A stretch of DNA of 63,978 bases, the filler included, from Conidiobolus incongruus B7586 (taxonomy: Eukaryota): assembly GCA_000697335.1 (NCBI GenBank). It is 15 parts of 15 records of this genome, joined end to end, with 100 filler letters (N's around TTAATTAATTAA, not from the genome) between each part and the next. Parts side by side here need not be neighbours in the genome. Positions count along the whole stretch, not along the records: positions 1 to 3,010 come from JNEM01005662.1; positions 3,111 to 4,534 come from JNEM01005670.1; positions 4,635 to 6,162 come from JNEM01005675.1; positions 6,263 to 11,954 come from JNEM01005676.1; positions 12,055 to 13,976 come from JNEM01005680.1; positions 14,077 to 16,514 come from JNEM01005681.1; 9 more parts are not named here. One strand, written 5' to 3'. Each line of letters opens with the position of its first letter. The first letter of the stretch is position 1. The translations under genes and the position numbers were made by a program. The notes under the pieces are model-generated. The model saw nothing but the letters and a program-made list of their open reading frames with translations. It searched no databases and was not told where the DNA came from. Shown in pieces: positions 1 through 14,199 of the stretch.

Positions 1-2570
1 AAATATTAAATTTGAAGAAAATTCTATTTTATTAATTATTTTCAATACTTTATTAAGTTATTATAAATTTATTATTATAAACTTTAGTTTATATTACCCT
101 TATAACTTTTATTTAATTTATAAATTTTTTTAATCTTATTTTTAATAACTTTATTATCATTTACCTTAATAATATCTTAATTTATTAAAAAACGAAAGAA
201 GATTATATTTAACATGTTAATTAAGTTTTACAAATTATTTAAGAAAATAATTTACTTTAAAAATCTATTGAAATATAGTTTTAATACCTCTTCTCTTTTC
301 TTCTATAATTATATTATTTTTTTAAAGAAATAAGATTAATTCAATTAAACTCAGTTATATAAAAGCTGTTACTATATTAATAAACAAGGATCAACTTAAG
401 TTTATACTTAGATTATTAAATTATTTTAAAGATTTCATTTATTTTTTTGTTGAGCTTATAATCTTTTTAATTAATCTTTTAAGTAAAAACTTTTTTTTGA
501 ATAAACCCTATTATATACTTTTGATATAAATACTTTAATTATTTTTATTATTAATATTCTTATTTTATTTATTTTTGATCTTAAATTACCTATCATTATT
601 TTTACTAATTTGAATTTTTTTGTAATTAGTAGATAATTAATTAAATTTATATTTAATTATATTTTAACTTTTTATTATAAGATGAAATAATAAATAAAAG
701 AGAATAAGTTAGGTTTAATCTTACATATTATTATTTTAAAGCTAATAATATTCTAGTTAAGAATAATAAAACAACTTAAATTAAAATACCTAGTTAATAT
801 ATATAAACACTCTTTATTTTAATAAAGATAATTAAAAATCCCTTATATTCTTTATTTTGCAATATTTCCTTAATATTTACAAATTATAAATCACTTATCT
901 ATTTAAATACTTAGAAGCATTTATTAAGAAAATAAACTAGATAGATCAAAACTATCTAAGCTTATCTTTTCTTTATCTAATACCTTTTAGGTTAATAAAA
1001 TTATACTATAGATAATTTGTTAAAAAATTTTATATACTTATCCTTTTATTCTAATTATAAAAAACCAACAAACATTAACTTAATAATTATTAATAAAAGA
1101 AATAAAAAATTTATTAAAATTTTTTAAAAAATACTATTAAATAATAATTTCTTTATTTAGTTAAAGAAAAACTCTTTAATTTATTAGAATACTAATTAAA
1201 ATATGTCAAAAGATTTAAAATTATTGTTAACCTATTATATTATAATAATTATTAATATATCTTTAATATTATTAAGATTTAACAAATAATATTTGATTAA
1301 TATTATAACTTACTTATTAAAAAATATTAAAACTAGTTAAAAATTATTAAAAAAATTGAAATAAAATATTACTAGCTTTCCTTAATTAGATTAATTTAGA
1401 AATATACTAATACCTATAATATATGTTAAAAAAATAAATATAATACCCAATTAAAATATAGTAAACTTATTTCTTTATAAGTCCCTAATAAAATTTAATA
1501 ATAAATCCAAATTAATTTCATAAAAATTCTTAAATCAACAAATAGTTATAATAACTTACTAATTATAATTAATTTATACTTTAAATATGTTTATTTTATT
1601 CTTGTTTCAAAAATTATATAGTTAAAGATATTATATAACTATTATTCTTTAATATCTATACTTATTATAAAATTCCACAAACTATTATAATTAACAGAAA
1701 TATATAATTCAACTTTTATTTAGAAATTACTATCTTATTTTTTAAAATTAACTTAATTATATTTATTACCAATTATCACAAAACTAATAAACTTATTAAA
1801 AAAATTATTAAAATATTAAAATAAATCATTATAGCTTATATTGACATTAATCAGATAAATTAAAATATTTATATTTATCAACTCTAATATTTATTTAATA
1901 TTTTTATTAATAAATCAGTAAGTTTTAACTTTTATTTTATTAATTATAGCTAATATCTTAATTTAATAATTGTTTTAAAATATTAAAATAATATATCTTT
2001 AAATATTGTTATATTTTAATCTAATATCAAATATATTAATATCCTTATTAAATTTAATATAGAATAAAATCAAAGGATTATAAAACAATAATATTTAAAG
2101 TTATCTAGAAATTTATATAAAAATAAAATTAGTACATTTGTATTCTTAGAATAATTTACCTTTAAACTTATTTTACTCAAACCTAGTTTAAATCCAAAAT
2201 ATTTACTATAATATTATAATCTTTATAAGATTTAGTTTATCAATTCAAATTTTAAAAATATCACATTAATATTACTTCTAACTTTAAGGATCAAATTTAT
2301 CTTTCATATATCTAAAATCAAACCTTATTTTCAAGATTTTAATATTTTTCTTAATTGATTAAAAATATTAAAACTAGATCTAATAATTAAATAAGATAAA
2401 GAAGAAAAATACTATATTGATTATATAATTAAATTTAAATCTATTAAGAATAAGCTTTATTTCTATATAAAATAGATAGGTTATTTTATTAAAAAAGTTA
2501 TATAAGAGCCATTAAAAAATATTAAAAATATTTTAGCTTATTATACCTATTTGTAAAAATCTAAATAGTG
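1..2570 (+). mobile_element. Degenerate Ty3/Gypsy (chromovirus-type) LTR retrotransposon pol remnant: RNase H, integrase, chromodomain
   Basis: Manual translation. ~930-1025 K*TR*IKTI*AYLFFI*YLLG**NYTIDNL resembles RQARW...YRPG..N..ADAL. ~1660-1720 YKIPQTIIINRN resembles HGIP..IISDR. ~2270-2330 LLLTLRIKFIFHISKIKPY resembles LP..RIHPVFHVS.LKPY. 2401-2520 EEKYYIDYIIKFKSIKNKLYFYIK*IGYFIKKVI*EPLKN is a chromodomain with both Trp codons turned to stops. Confidence 0.85.
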
Positions 2571-2599
2571 TATCTTTTCTAAAAAACTTATTAAAAAAT

Positions 2600-3010
2600 A
2601 TTAAGGAACTAGTTTTTTAAATTTATATATATATTTTTATATAATTCAATTCATTATAAATTATATAATAAATTTATATTTTTATAATTAAATTAATTAT
2701 ATAAATAATATTAAATTATTAAATAAATTAAGTTCTTTTTTTTCTCAATTTTTACTATTTTTTATTTTTTTATTATTTCTAAGATTGAAACTATATCCTA
2801 TTAATATTATAATATATTAACACTATTTAATATATATCTTAATATATTAGTAACTCATCCTAATTTGAAGCTTAATTGATTTTATTTATATTTATACATT
2901 ATAGCTATATAATAATATTATATTTTATATTATATTACTTTTATATTAAAGTTTTCCTTTATATTATATTAATATTTTATCACTATATTTATAATATTTT
3001 TGGGTTATAA
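2600..3010 (+). repeat. Probable 3' LTR of the Gypsy element
   Basis: Directly follows the chromodomain. Homologous to 18331-18640 (shared 'attgaaactatat' and 'aatttgaagcttaatt'). Confidence 0.55.
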
Positions 3011-3110
3011 NNNNNNNNNNNNNNNNNNNNNNNNNNNNNNNNNNNNNNNNNNNNTTAATTAATTAANNNNNNNNNNNNNNNNNNNNNNNNNNNNNNNNNN
3101 NNNNNNNNNN

Positions 3111-4455
3111 TATTATATATAATATTTTATATTATACTAAATTTTTTCTATTAGTATTATTATACTTAAATCCCTTTTTAAAAAAATTTACTTATATATC
3201 AATTAACTTTATAAAAAAGGTAAATCAACTTATGATATTATTAGAATTACTAGTGTTAGTTACTTTACTATAGTTAAAGTTATTAAAAATAACAATAAAA
3301 AAACATTTAAATTTAAATTTAAATATATTAAAATTATAAATAAATATAATAAGAAGTATATTTATAGGTTAGTTAATATAATCAAATATAATACTATTAT
3401 AAAAATACAACAAGAATTATAAAACAATATAACAAAATTAGTTAATACTAATATTATTATATATATTTTATATTAATATAGATATTACTTATATCTTAAT
3501 AAAAAACACTTTTAATTAAAAAAATCTTATTATAAAGTTAGATAAAAGTTTAAATATCACTATTAATATTAAACTAAAACTAATTAAATATAATGCTATT
3601 TAATTTAATAAAAATAAAATTATATTTTAATAAATTTAATAAAAAAACTAGATATTTTAAAAAAATATACAATTACTTTATAACTATCAAATTAATTTTA
3701 TTTAATAGTATAATTGTAAGTTAATTATTATTTAAAGATATATATTGTTTTTAAATATAAGATTTCTTTATAAAGTTAATAAAAGAATTAATACTAAAAT
3801 ATATTAAAATATTCTAAATAATAAATTAAAAAAAGACTATTAAATAATATAAATTAAAACAATCTGATGTTATTTTCTAATAAAATAATGTTTTTTGTTA
3901 TACTATAGCTTTTACTACTAAATAACTTAAAAATAACAAGATAATAAATATAAAGTAGTTTCTTTAATCTTTTAACTTTAATCTAATTAAATACCTTTAA
4001 AATTAGTTAAAAAAAGCTATTAAAGCTTTTCCCCTAATAAAAATTTTAAATAAACTTTAAAAATATATATAAGTAATATAAAACAAGATTAACTTTTTTT
4101 AATATAATAAGTTATTTGATTTTATACCTTACAAACTTAAGAAAGTTAGAAAAGTTAAAGATAAATACCCTAGGTTTTAATTTTTTTTATCACCAAAAAC
4201 CTATAAATTTATAACTTACCCTAAGTAAAATTTAAAGATTTATATTTTAACCAATTAATAACTAAATATTATGATTTAATGATATATATAATGAATAAAT
4301 ATAATAGATTTTGAATATTTAATTTAGATTTATTTTATTAAATATTAATCAAGTTATTAGTAAAAATATAAGTGTTTTTGATTTTATAACTTACTTTTAT
4401 AGGTTAATATATAAATGTTTTTAATTTTATAATTTATTTTTATAGGTTAGTATAT
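3111..4455 (+). mobile_element. Tc1-family DD34E transposon, degenerate copy (5' end lost in gap)
   Basis: Colinear with 18656-20175 and 47948-49520. Ends in the family terminal repeat (ttttataacttacttttataggttaata), present twice in tandem. Confidence 0.85.
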
Positions 4456-4634
4456 ATATTTATTTTATAATTATAGTATAAGTTATGTTAATTAAATATT
4501 AATAAATTCTCTATTAAATTATATATAATTAAATNNNNNNNNNNNNNNNNNNNNNNNNNNNNNNNNNNNNNNNNNNNNTTAATTAATTAANNNNNNNNNN
4601 NNNNNNNNNNNNNNNNNNNNNNNNNNNNNNNNNN

Positions 4635-5627
4635 ATTAGGTAAATTATTTTAAAACTAGAAGAAAAATTATCTAATATTTATTAAAATTTAAAAAACTAA
4701 TTTTAACTATGATTTTTTTGATTCTTAATAGAGAAAAAAAAATATTGAAAGATATCTTGTTATTTTAGCTAGAGAATTATCTAAGCATTTTAATACTAAT
4801 CTTATAAATATATTAAATATATTTGAATTTAAACTTAAATTAATAAATAAAAACCCAAAATAGGTACCTTATAATTTAACTAAAATTTAAAAAAAAACTA
4901 AAATAGCTATTATTAAACAAAACTTATTTAAGTATTACCAGAAACCTAAGATTTTAAAACAAATATTCAAAATTAATGAATATTAAATCCTTTTGTATAA
5001 TTCTTTACTAAAATACAAATCAAAATATAAGATTAAGCTAAATCAACCCCTTTTATAAATCTTTTTAAATAATATTTTATTAATAAGTGAATATTAAATA
5101 ATACAATGAATTATAATAATTTATATTACTTTTATTTAGTTTCTAAAAAAAATCAATTAATAATAAGCTTTATACTGCTTTTTTAAATAAAAGTATTTTT
5201 AATTAATATTTTCTATTAAATTTGAAAAAACCTATTATTTTATATAATAATTCAAATTATATAAATTTAAAGTTGCAAAAAAATCTTCTAATAAAAAATA
5301 ACTAAAAAAACTACCATATTTAATATACTCTTTAAATTATAACTTATATAACTATAATTGTTTTTGGTAATTAAAAAACTAACTTATATGAAAAAATATT
5401 TTTACAAGAAAATTAAATTAATTTGTAAAATATCAAATTCAGTCTTTAACAAAAAGAATTATATTATAAATATTAAAAGTTTACCTAAAATATAGCAAAA
5501 AGTTATTAATAATCAAAGGAACTCTTAAATTTATATTATTTATTTATTTTTATATATTATATATCAAGATATTTATTTATTTTTGATTAAAAAAAAATTT
5601 CAAATTTTCAAAATATAAGGTAATAAT
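4635..5627 (+). mobile_element. mariner DD34D transposon, degenerate partial copy
   Basis: Colinear with 9230-10222: 'taggtaccttataat' (WVPH-like), 'ctaccatatttaatatactct' (PHPPYSPD-like), right end 'aaaatataaggtaata'. Confidence 0.85.
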
Positions 5628-6869
5628 AAATTAATATAAATAACAGAAGTTTTTGAAAAATTAAAATTTTTTTATATTTAATGATAAATTTTTATTTAAT
5701 TTTAATACAAATTTTTCAATTTATTAATAAAATTAGAATTTTTTAATAAACTATTAATTTAATTATTATATACAGTCAAAAACTAAAAAAATAAATTAAT
5801 TATAATTAAATAATCATCAATAATATAATTTAATTTTTAAATTATATTTATATTCAAAACAGTTAATAAAATACAAAATAATTAATTATATAATATGTAT
5901 TAAAATAATTAAACCAAAATTAATATAAATAATTTAGTAAATTATAATTTATTATAAAAAATTAATTAATATTAATATATAATATATAATAATTAAAAAT
6001 ATGATGAATATAATATATAATAATAAAATATCAAATAATATATTATTAAATATTTAGTTTATTTATTAGAATATATTTAAAATATTAAATAAATCTAAAA
6101 CAATAATTAAATATAGTTTTTTGGTTAGATAATAATAGCATCATTTATATAAATTTAATTTANNNNNNNNNNNNNNNNNNNNNNNNNNNNNNNNNNNNNN
6201 NNNNNNTTAATTAATTAANNNNNNNNNNNNNNNNNNNNNNNNNNNNNNNNNNNNNNNNNNNNAAAATATATTTTCCAATTTAAAATATATTTTTGATAAA
6301 ATATAATTATTTACTATATTTATCAATTCTTATAATTATATATAAAGTTCTATAAACAAGTTTATATATATCTATAGAAATTATTAAATTAGTGTTTTTG
6401 ATTTATATTTTAATATTTACATTTAAATTAATAAACTAAAGAAGTTTTCAATAAATATTACGGAATAAAAAAACTAATTAAATAATATTAGTTAATTAGT
6501 TTATAATATAGTAGTTCTAATATTTAATATTATATTAGAAATTATAATTAAACTTTTAACCTACTAGCAAAACTCTATTAAAAATAAAGTTGTTGAAACT
6601 TATAAATAACTTAAGGATAATTTTCTACTCAGATTATAGACTAATGTTTTTTTATTAGCTATCAAAAATGTTTATTAAAATATTTTATTAAAGTATTTTA
6701 AAAATATAACAAAATTAAAAAGTAGTGTAATAATTACTTATTAAGAATAATATAATAATTAATTTCTTTCTTTATATCCAATTTAAAAAATTTTTTAGAT
6801 ATATTTAAATATCAATTAATAATTATATTAATTATTTAAAAGGTATTTATAAATTCATTTTCCAATTAT

Positions 6870-7400
6870 AAAACACCAATGGCAATAAGAGAAGCTAAAT
6901 TAAGTTATAAAGAAATAGTTAAAAAAGTTAATAATTAAGTCTAAAAATCATTTTTAAAAAATCTATTAAAAAATATAATAAGAATAAATGAGGAAGAAAT
7001 CAATTTTATTTTATAACTAGGTAGACTTCTTTATTAATCTTAATTCTTTTTTTACTTATTAATAAAAGATTTAATATAAAAAAACAGTTATTGATAATTA
7101 TTTAAAAAATAAATAATCATTAAATAATTCTTTTCCATTGATAACTCTAAATAATATAAATCTAATAATATATGTGTATTTATTTTAGTTTTAAAAAAAA
7201 GAAAAAGAGTTTAAATATATATTAGTTGATATTATAAATAATATTTAAATATTAACTATTTAGAAAAAAAAACAACTCAAAAAATATTGGTTATAAAACA
7301 CTTAAGACTATAAAGTATAAGAAAATATGAAAGATAAAACAAAAAAATTATTAAAACAAAAGTTTTAGTTATTGAATAAATTATATTATTTATTAAATTA
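6870..7400 (+). mobile_element. Possible Tc1-like transposase N-terminal remnant of a different family
   Basis: MAIREAKLSYKEIVKKV... followed by LGRL (GRP-like); heavily decayed. Confidence 0.3.
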
Positions 7401-8199
7401 ATTTTTATAATAATAATTTTACATCCTCCCAATTTTTAAATACTTCAAATTGATAGAAATTTGATGAAATACTAAATATATTTGTAAAATAAATAATTTT
7501 TATTTATTTCCTTAAATTAGAATGATATTAAATATATAATGAAATTCAGCAAAAGGTTTTAAAAATATTAAATATATTTATAAATAATAAATAATAAAAT
7601 TGACCATTAATAACTAAACAATATTCTTTATATTTTTAAATTATAATATAAAATTTTTCAAAATTAATAAAATTAAGAACAAATTACCATATATTAAAAG
7701 CTTAATATAATCAAAAAAATATAAAAAGACTATATTTTAATAATGTTATATAGAATATAAAAAAAGATAAATATAAAAATTAATTTTTAAAAATAAACTA
7801 TTAAAAAAATTAAAATGATTATCAAAACAAAATTACTAATAAATATCTAAAAAATATTAAATTTTATACTAAACTTTATTTAAAAGTAACAAAGAGTTAG
7901 TTATTTGTTAAATCTATAAAGTAAACAATTAATATAAAGCTAACTTATCAATATATTATCCTTTTGCCAACTAATAATAAAGTAATATCTAATAAAAATA
8001 AATAAGGATATTATATTATTATTAATTCATTATATCTCTTTAATAAATTATAAAGAATAATAATCAAAATAAAAATAAAACTTTTTATTAATATATCACT
8101 AAATAAATACATTAATACAAAAAAACAGAGAATTATAAAAAAATTAAAATATTAATTAAAACGCTTAATAAAAATAAAAAAGCTATTTTTTTTAATTAT

Positions 8200-8700
8200 A
8201 AACATCATTAATAATTATAAAATTATATTATCAAATATTAAGCTTGTTATTATTGGAATATATTATATTTTAATTTATTATGTTAAAATTATAAGAATAA
8301 TCACTTAACTTGATTAAAACCCATTAAAGGTAAATTTTAAGTTTTATCTTAAATTTATATTTTGTTAAAAAAAATTAATTTAACAATCTTTATTAATTAT
8401 AGAATTGATATAAATATAACCTTTGAGGAATATGACAAAAGCTTTAAAAATAGCTTATTATAAATATCTTATTATAAGCTACAAACTAATAAATAAGTTA
8501 TAAATATTGAAGTTAGAATTAATATTTTCAAAATTAAAGATATTCCTTTTGAGTTAATTTTTAAATTATTAATTTACTAAATATTTATATTTACTTGGTC
8601 ATTTATTTTTTGAAAAGGAGAAAATTTTAATCGAATAAGCTATTAATGTTTTTGTTGTATTTTAATATAATATGGCTAAATTTTTTTAAATTATTAATTA
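8200..8700 (+). mobile_element. Possible retrotransposon integrase remnant
   Basis: ~8467-8500 SYYKLQTNK*V resembles the integrase motif AYHPQTNGQVE; the rest is too decayed to read. Confidence 0.35.
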
Positions 8701-8908
8701 AAAAAGATACCAAGAAAATATAATTAAAATTAATCCAATATCAATCATTTATTTATATTTATATAAATATTAGATATTCTTTTAAGGAAAAAAAAAATAA
8801 AATATCAAAATATAAAAACTAAATTTTTGATAAAAAGAAAATTGTAATCTTTTGATATTATTACAATAATTATGTTATATTTTTATATTACAAACTCCTT
8901 AATATAAA

Positions 8909-10222
8909 TATAATCTTGAATTTAAAATAATGGGAAATCTTTTAATTTCTAATTTTTCATACATATTATTAATTTGAAATAAATTAATATATACAAAATT
9001 AATAGGGAATTATATATTTTTAAAATATATATATATAATATTTTTTTTGATTAAAAAATTAACTTTTTAAATTTGGTTGTTTAATTTAATCATGCTTAAA
9101 CTAAATAGTGATCATCAAAAGTTTTTTATTTCAGTATTAGTAAAACTTAACCATAAACCCTCTAAAATTATTTAAAATTTACAAGCAACTTTTAGTAATG
9201 AAGTATTATCTGAATCAACAATTTATTGCTAGGTAAATTGCTTAAAGGCTAAGAGAAAAACTATCCTAAACTTGCCAAAATCTAAAAGTTTAACTTTAAT
9301 TGTTATATTTTCAATTATTAATAAAATGAAAAAATAAATTGAAAAATATCTTTTTATTTCAGCTAGAGAATTATGTAAACACTTTAATATTAGTCTTATA
9401 AGTATTTTATATATATTAAAGTTTAAACTCAAATTAATAAATAAAAATGTAAAATGGGTACCTTATAATATAACTAAAGCTTAGAAAGAAGCTAAAGTAG
9501 TTATTACTAAACAGAACTTACTAAAATATTACCAGAAGCCTAGATTATTACAATGAATAATTACTATTGATGAATCTTAGATCCCTATGTATAATCTTTT
9601 ACCAAAACAAAAATTAAAATGCTGGATTAAACAAAATCAACCCCCTGTACAAATCCCTTTAAATAAGCAATTTATTAATAAGTGAATGTTAACTATTATA
9701 ATAGATTATAATGATATATGCTATTTTTATTTAGTTCTTATAGGAAAATCAATTAATAGTAAACTTTATATTGCTTTATTAAATAAAAGTATCTCAAATT
9801 GGTTTTCTTAATATAATTAGAGAAGACCTATTATTTTGCATAAAAATTGCAAAATATATAAATCTAAAGCTATAAAAAACTTTGTAATTAAAAATAACTG
9901 GAAAGAACTACCACATCTGATATACTCCTTAGATTATAACCCATGTGATTATAATTACTTTGGATAATTAAAAAATTAGCTTATAGGAAAGAAAATTTTT
10001 GCAAAAAAATTTAATTACTTTGTGAAACATCAAATTGCAGTTATTAATAAAAAATACTATTTTTTAGGTATTAGAACTTTGCCAAAAATATAGCAAACAG
10101 TAGTTAATAATAAAAGAAACTATTAAATTTATATTATATATTTATTTTTATATATTATATATTAAAATATTTATTTATTTTGAATTGCAGAAAAATCCCA
10201 TTATTTAAAATATAGAGTAATA
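8909..10222 (+). mobile_element. Full-length (~1.31 kb) mariner DD34D transposon; transposase frame 9092-10126 with 12 internal stops
   Basis: TIRs ta-taatcttgaatttaaaataatggga / tcccattatttaaaatatagagtaa-ta. Motifs KWVPY, IITIDES*, IILHKN, PHLIYSLDYNPCDY. 34 residues between the 2nd and 3rd catalytic positions. 344 codons, no net frameshift. Confidence 0.92.
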
Positions 10223-10899
10223 TTATTGAATTTTTTATTTTATAAGTAATAAATATATATAATTTAAAAAATTATAAATTTGCTAAAATCATTGTTTTTG
10301 AATGACCTAAAATAGAAAAAAAGATAAAAAAAACCTTTATAAATATAAAATCATTAAAGATATTTATTATTGATAAAATTTTAAAATAATTATATTTTAT
10401 TTAAAAAAATAAATAAATGTAAATATAAATGAATTTTATCATAATTAATAAGGTAAGTATTAAAAACATTTATTCTCTAATATTATTTCTAAACCAATTA
10501 AATTAATTTTAACAAATAGTTATTTCTTTAATTTTTAATCATTTCCTTAGTTATTATTAGATTAAAAAAAGAAAGATAAATATAAAACTATTTTCAGTAT
10601 TATATAGTTGATATTAATATAACTAACTTTTATTTAACCTAATTAATATCTTAATATTTTTTTATTTATTTATTAATAATATCTTTTATTGATATATTAA
10701 ATATATATAATTATTTAATAAAATAATATTTTTAACTTATTAAAATAATCAAAATATATTTAACTTATTTAAAAAAAATATTTATTTTATTATAATATTC
10801 TAAAATATATAATAATATAAAAAAATATTCTTTTAGTCTCTATTAAATTTATTAATTAAGTTATTATATTTTTAAAAAAATAATTAAATCTAGAAGATT

Positions 10900-11500
10900 T
10901 AAACTAAAAAAAACTTTTAAATCCCTTAACTAATATAACTAAGGTTTATTTGTTTTTAAAAGCTAATAATTATTATAAAAGTTTAATTAAGGGTTATTAT
11001 TATATACTTTGCTTATTTATTAAATTAACCCTAAAAAATATCCCAAATATTAAAATATTAGAATATAATCAATATTATAATAGATTATAAAGAAAACTTA
11101 TTTTTTACCTAATATTATATATCTTAAAATTTAACTATCCTATTATTTTAACTATAAATGCTTTAAACTAAATAACCAAAAGCAATTTAAATTTAATATA
11201 ATAATGATTATAATAAATATTTTATGAGATATTAGTTAAAATAATTCTTACTAACTTTAAAAAATATAATATTATTATAAAAAAAAACTTTATTATAATT
11301 ATTGTTTAATATTTCTATTATTATTTAATAGGTTAAATATTTATATTTCTATAGATCATTTACCCCTTAAGTTTTTCTTAACAAGTTTTAATTTATCCTT
11401 TAAATAAACCTATTAAATAATAAAGCTCTTAGTTTATAATTATATTATAATATATATACAATGCAAAAAACACACTAATATTGATTTTTTTAGTTATATT
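10900..11500 (+). mobile_element. Degenerate Ty3/Gypsy RT-connection/RNase H remnant
   Basis: NNYYKSLIKGY (cf. NYYRRFIKGY), FNYPIILTINA (cf. ILTTDAS), YYLIG...IDHLPL (cf. YL.G..F...TDH.PL). Confidence 0.7.
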
Positions 11501-12094
11501 AAAACATACTTATATTTAGCTTAATCTACAAAAGGTATTAAATATTAAATAACACAATATAAACCATAGTTAAAAAATAATTAGTAATATATAATCCTTT
11601 ATGAAATATCTTAAATATAATAAAACTTAAACTAAATATAAAAATAATATAAAATATTTAATTTAAAACAAAATAGGTTTTTAATTAGGATTAATTTAAT
11701 AATTAACTATATAAAATTATCCTTAAAATTTCTGAAAAAAAACATAGAAAGTATTTATTTAAAAATAAATATTATTATTATCAAATTATTGCTAAAAAAT
11801 ATCAACTATATTATTAATAGCTTAAATAAGTCATTTAACTAAAAAACTATATTTAAATATAAAAAAGTATATTAATAATTAAAATATTATATTTTGAACA
11901 ATTTTAAATAAATCATTAAATCTTTTAATTAAATCTTTAATTTTTATTATTTATNNNNNNNNNNNNNNNNNNNNNNNNNNNNNNNNNNNNNNNNNNNNTT
12001 AATTAATTAANNNNNNNNNNNNNNNNNNNNNNNNNNNNNNNNNNNNNNNNNNNNAAAAATTGATAAATATTTTATTTTTTAATCTTTTAAATAT

Positions 12095-13650
12095 AATATA
12101 ATAATTTCCAAAAATAAATTATAAAATCAAAAACACTTATATTTTTACTAATAACTTAATATTAATTAAAATAAACCTAAATTAAATAATTCAAATCAAT
12201 TATATTTATTAAAAATATATAATTTTATATTAACAATTAGTTATTAATTTGTTAAAATATAAACCTTTAAATTTTAATTAACATAAGTTATAAATTTAAA
12301 GGTTTATAATAATGAAAAAAATTATAACCTAGTGTTTCTATCTTTGGTTTTTTAACTTTTCGAAATTTATAGGGTATAGAATAAATTAACTTCTTATACT
12401 AAAAAAGTTTAATCTTGTTTTATATTTCTTAACTTTATTTTTAAATCTATAAATTTTTTATTATAATAAAGCTTAAATATCCTTTTTAACTGTTCCTAAG
12501 AGTATATAATTAAGTTAAAGTTAGGATATTAAAGAAGTTTTTTATAACTATTATTTTGTTATTTTTTAATTTATTTGATAATAATAACTAAAATATAACA
12601 ACATGTATTATCTTATTAGAAAATAATATTAGATTTGTTTAACTTAATATTATTTAATAGTTTATTCAATTTATTATTTAAAATATTTTAATATAACCTA
12701 GCATAAATTCCAATATTAATTTTAAAAAAAATACCCTACATTAAAATATAAAATATATATTTAAATAATAATTAACCTATTATTATACTTTTGGTTAAAA
12801 TTACCATAATAGTTGCTAATTCATTTTATATATTTTTTTAAATCATTTAACTTTTTTATTAAATTTATTAAAGTATATTTTTAATATATTAAATTAAATA
12901 ACTTTAATTAATTTTAATATAATATTATTTGCAAAATTGAAACTCCCACCCAGCTTTATAATAAAGTTTCTTTAGTTGTGGGTGTTTTTTCTTAAGGTAT
13001 AAGTGGTATCTATTCTAATATAAAGCATATATAATAGTATTAGAATTAACTAATATTCTTAAATAGTCTTATAGTTTTTGTTGGATTTTTATAATAATAC
13101 TCTATTTGCTTATATTAATTTACCTACTGATATATTACTTAATATATTTATTTATTATGCTAATATACTTAAGTTTAAATTTAAATGTATTTTTATAGAT
13201 ATTCTTAATATCCTTAATTATATTAAACTAGCAAACATTAGAGATTCTAAAAATATCATGAGTTGATTTAACTTTTTAATTAAGTTAATTAATATACAAG
13301 TGTGTTTTTTTAGAGAGGGATTTTAGTATAATGATATTAAAATAAAATTTAATATAATTATAAAATATCATATAAAATAATAATAAAGAAAAATAAGATA
13401 TGGCTATATATTATTAAAAACATCCTTTTATCTCAAAAACCTACAAATTTATTACTTATTTTGATTAAACAATATAAGTTAATATTATTGCTAATAATTT
13501 ACTAAATATATCTAAATCAATTTATATATTATCAAATAATATATTTTAATTATGAATTAAAGTTTCGAATAATCTGATATTTATACCTATTTTAGTTATT
13601 AATTAATATTTATAAATTTGATTTTATGACTTATTTTTATAGATTAATAA
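12095..13650 (-). mobile_element. Tc1-family DD34E transposon, near full-length degenerate copy
   Basis: Reverse complement aligns with the + copies; terminal 'attttatgacttatttttatagattaata' at ~13621-13650. Confidence 0.85.
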
Positions 13651-14199
13651 ATATATTTTGAAAAAATATCTATTAATAAATTAAATAGAAAAATAAATAT
13701 CATTAAACTATGTATATTATATAGATATTTATATATTAAATTTTAATTTTTATATATATTAAAATTGAATAAACTAAAAACTTTTAGTTAGATTTAATTA
13801 TAATTAAATTTTATTATAATTTTTAACAAGTTTAATTTTATATTTTTTAAAACTTAATTATTAATTATATAAAAATATCTAAGCTTTTCAAATATCTTAT
13901 AAAGTTAATATATTTTTTAAAACTATTGTATTTTATTAGATATTTGATTTTATTGCAAAAAGGATATTATTCAAAANNNNNNNNNNNNNNNNNNNNNNNN
14001 NNNNNNNNNNNNNNNNNNNNTTAATTAATTAANNNNNNNNNNNNNNNNNNNNNNNNNNNNNNNNNNNNNNNNNNNNTATTTATAAATAATATGCTTATTT
14101 ATCTAATTTTATATAATACATTATTTTAACATAATATTTTATTAAGTTAAAAATTAATTTGAAAATTAAAGTTCATTAATAGTTTAAATTTAATAAAAT

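Noticed and set aside
9092..10126. Alternative genetic code (TAA/TAG read as Gln/Trp) to explain in-frame stops
   Set aside because: Host genes end normally in TAA/TAG with no internal stops. The TE stops differ between copies and come with missense transitions.
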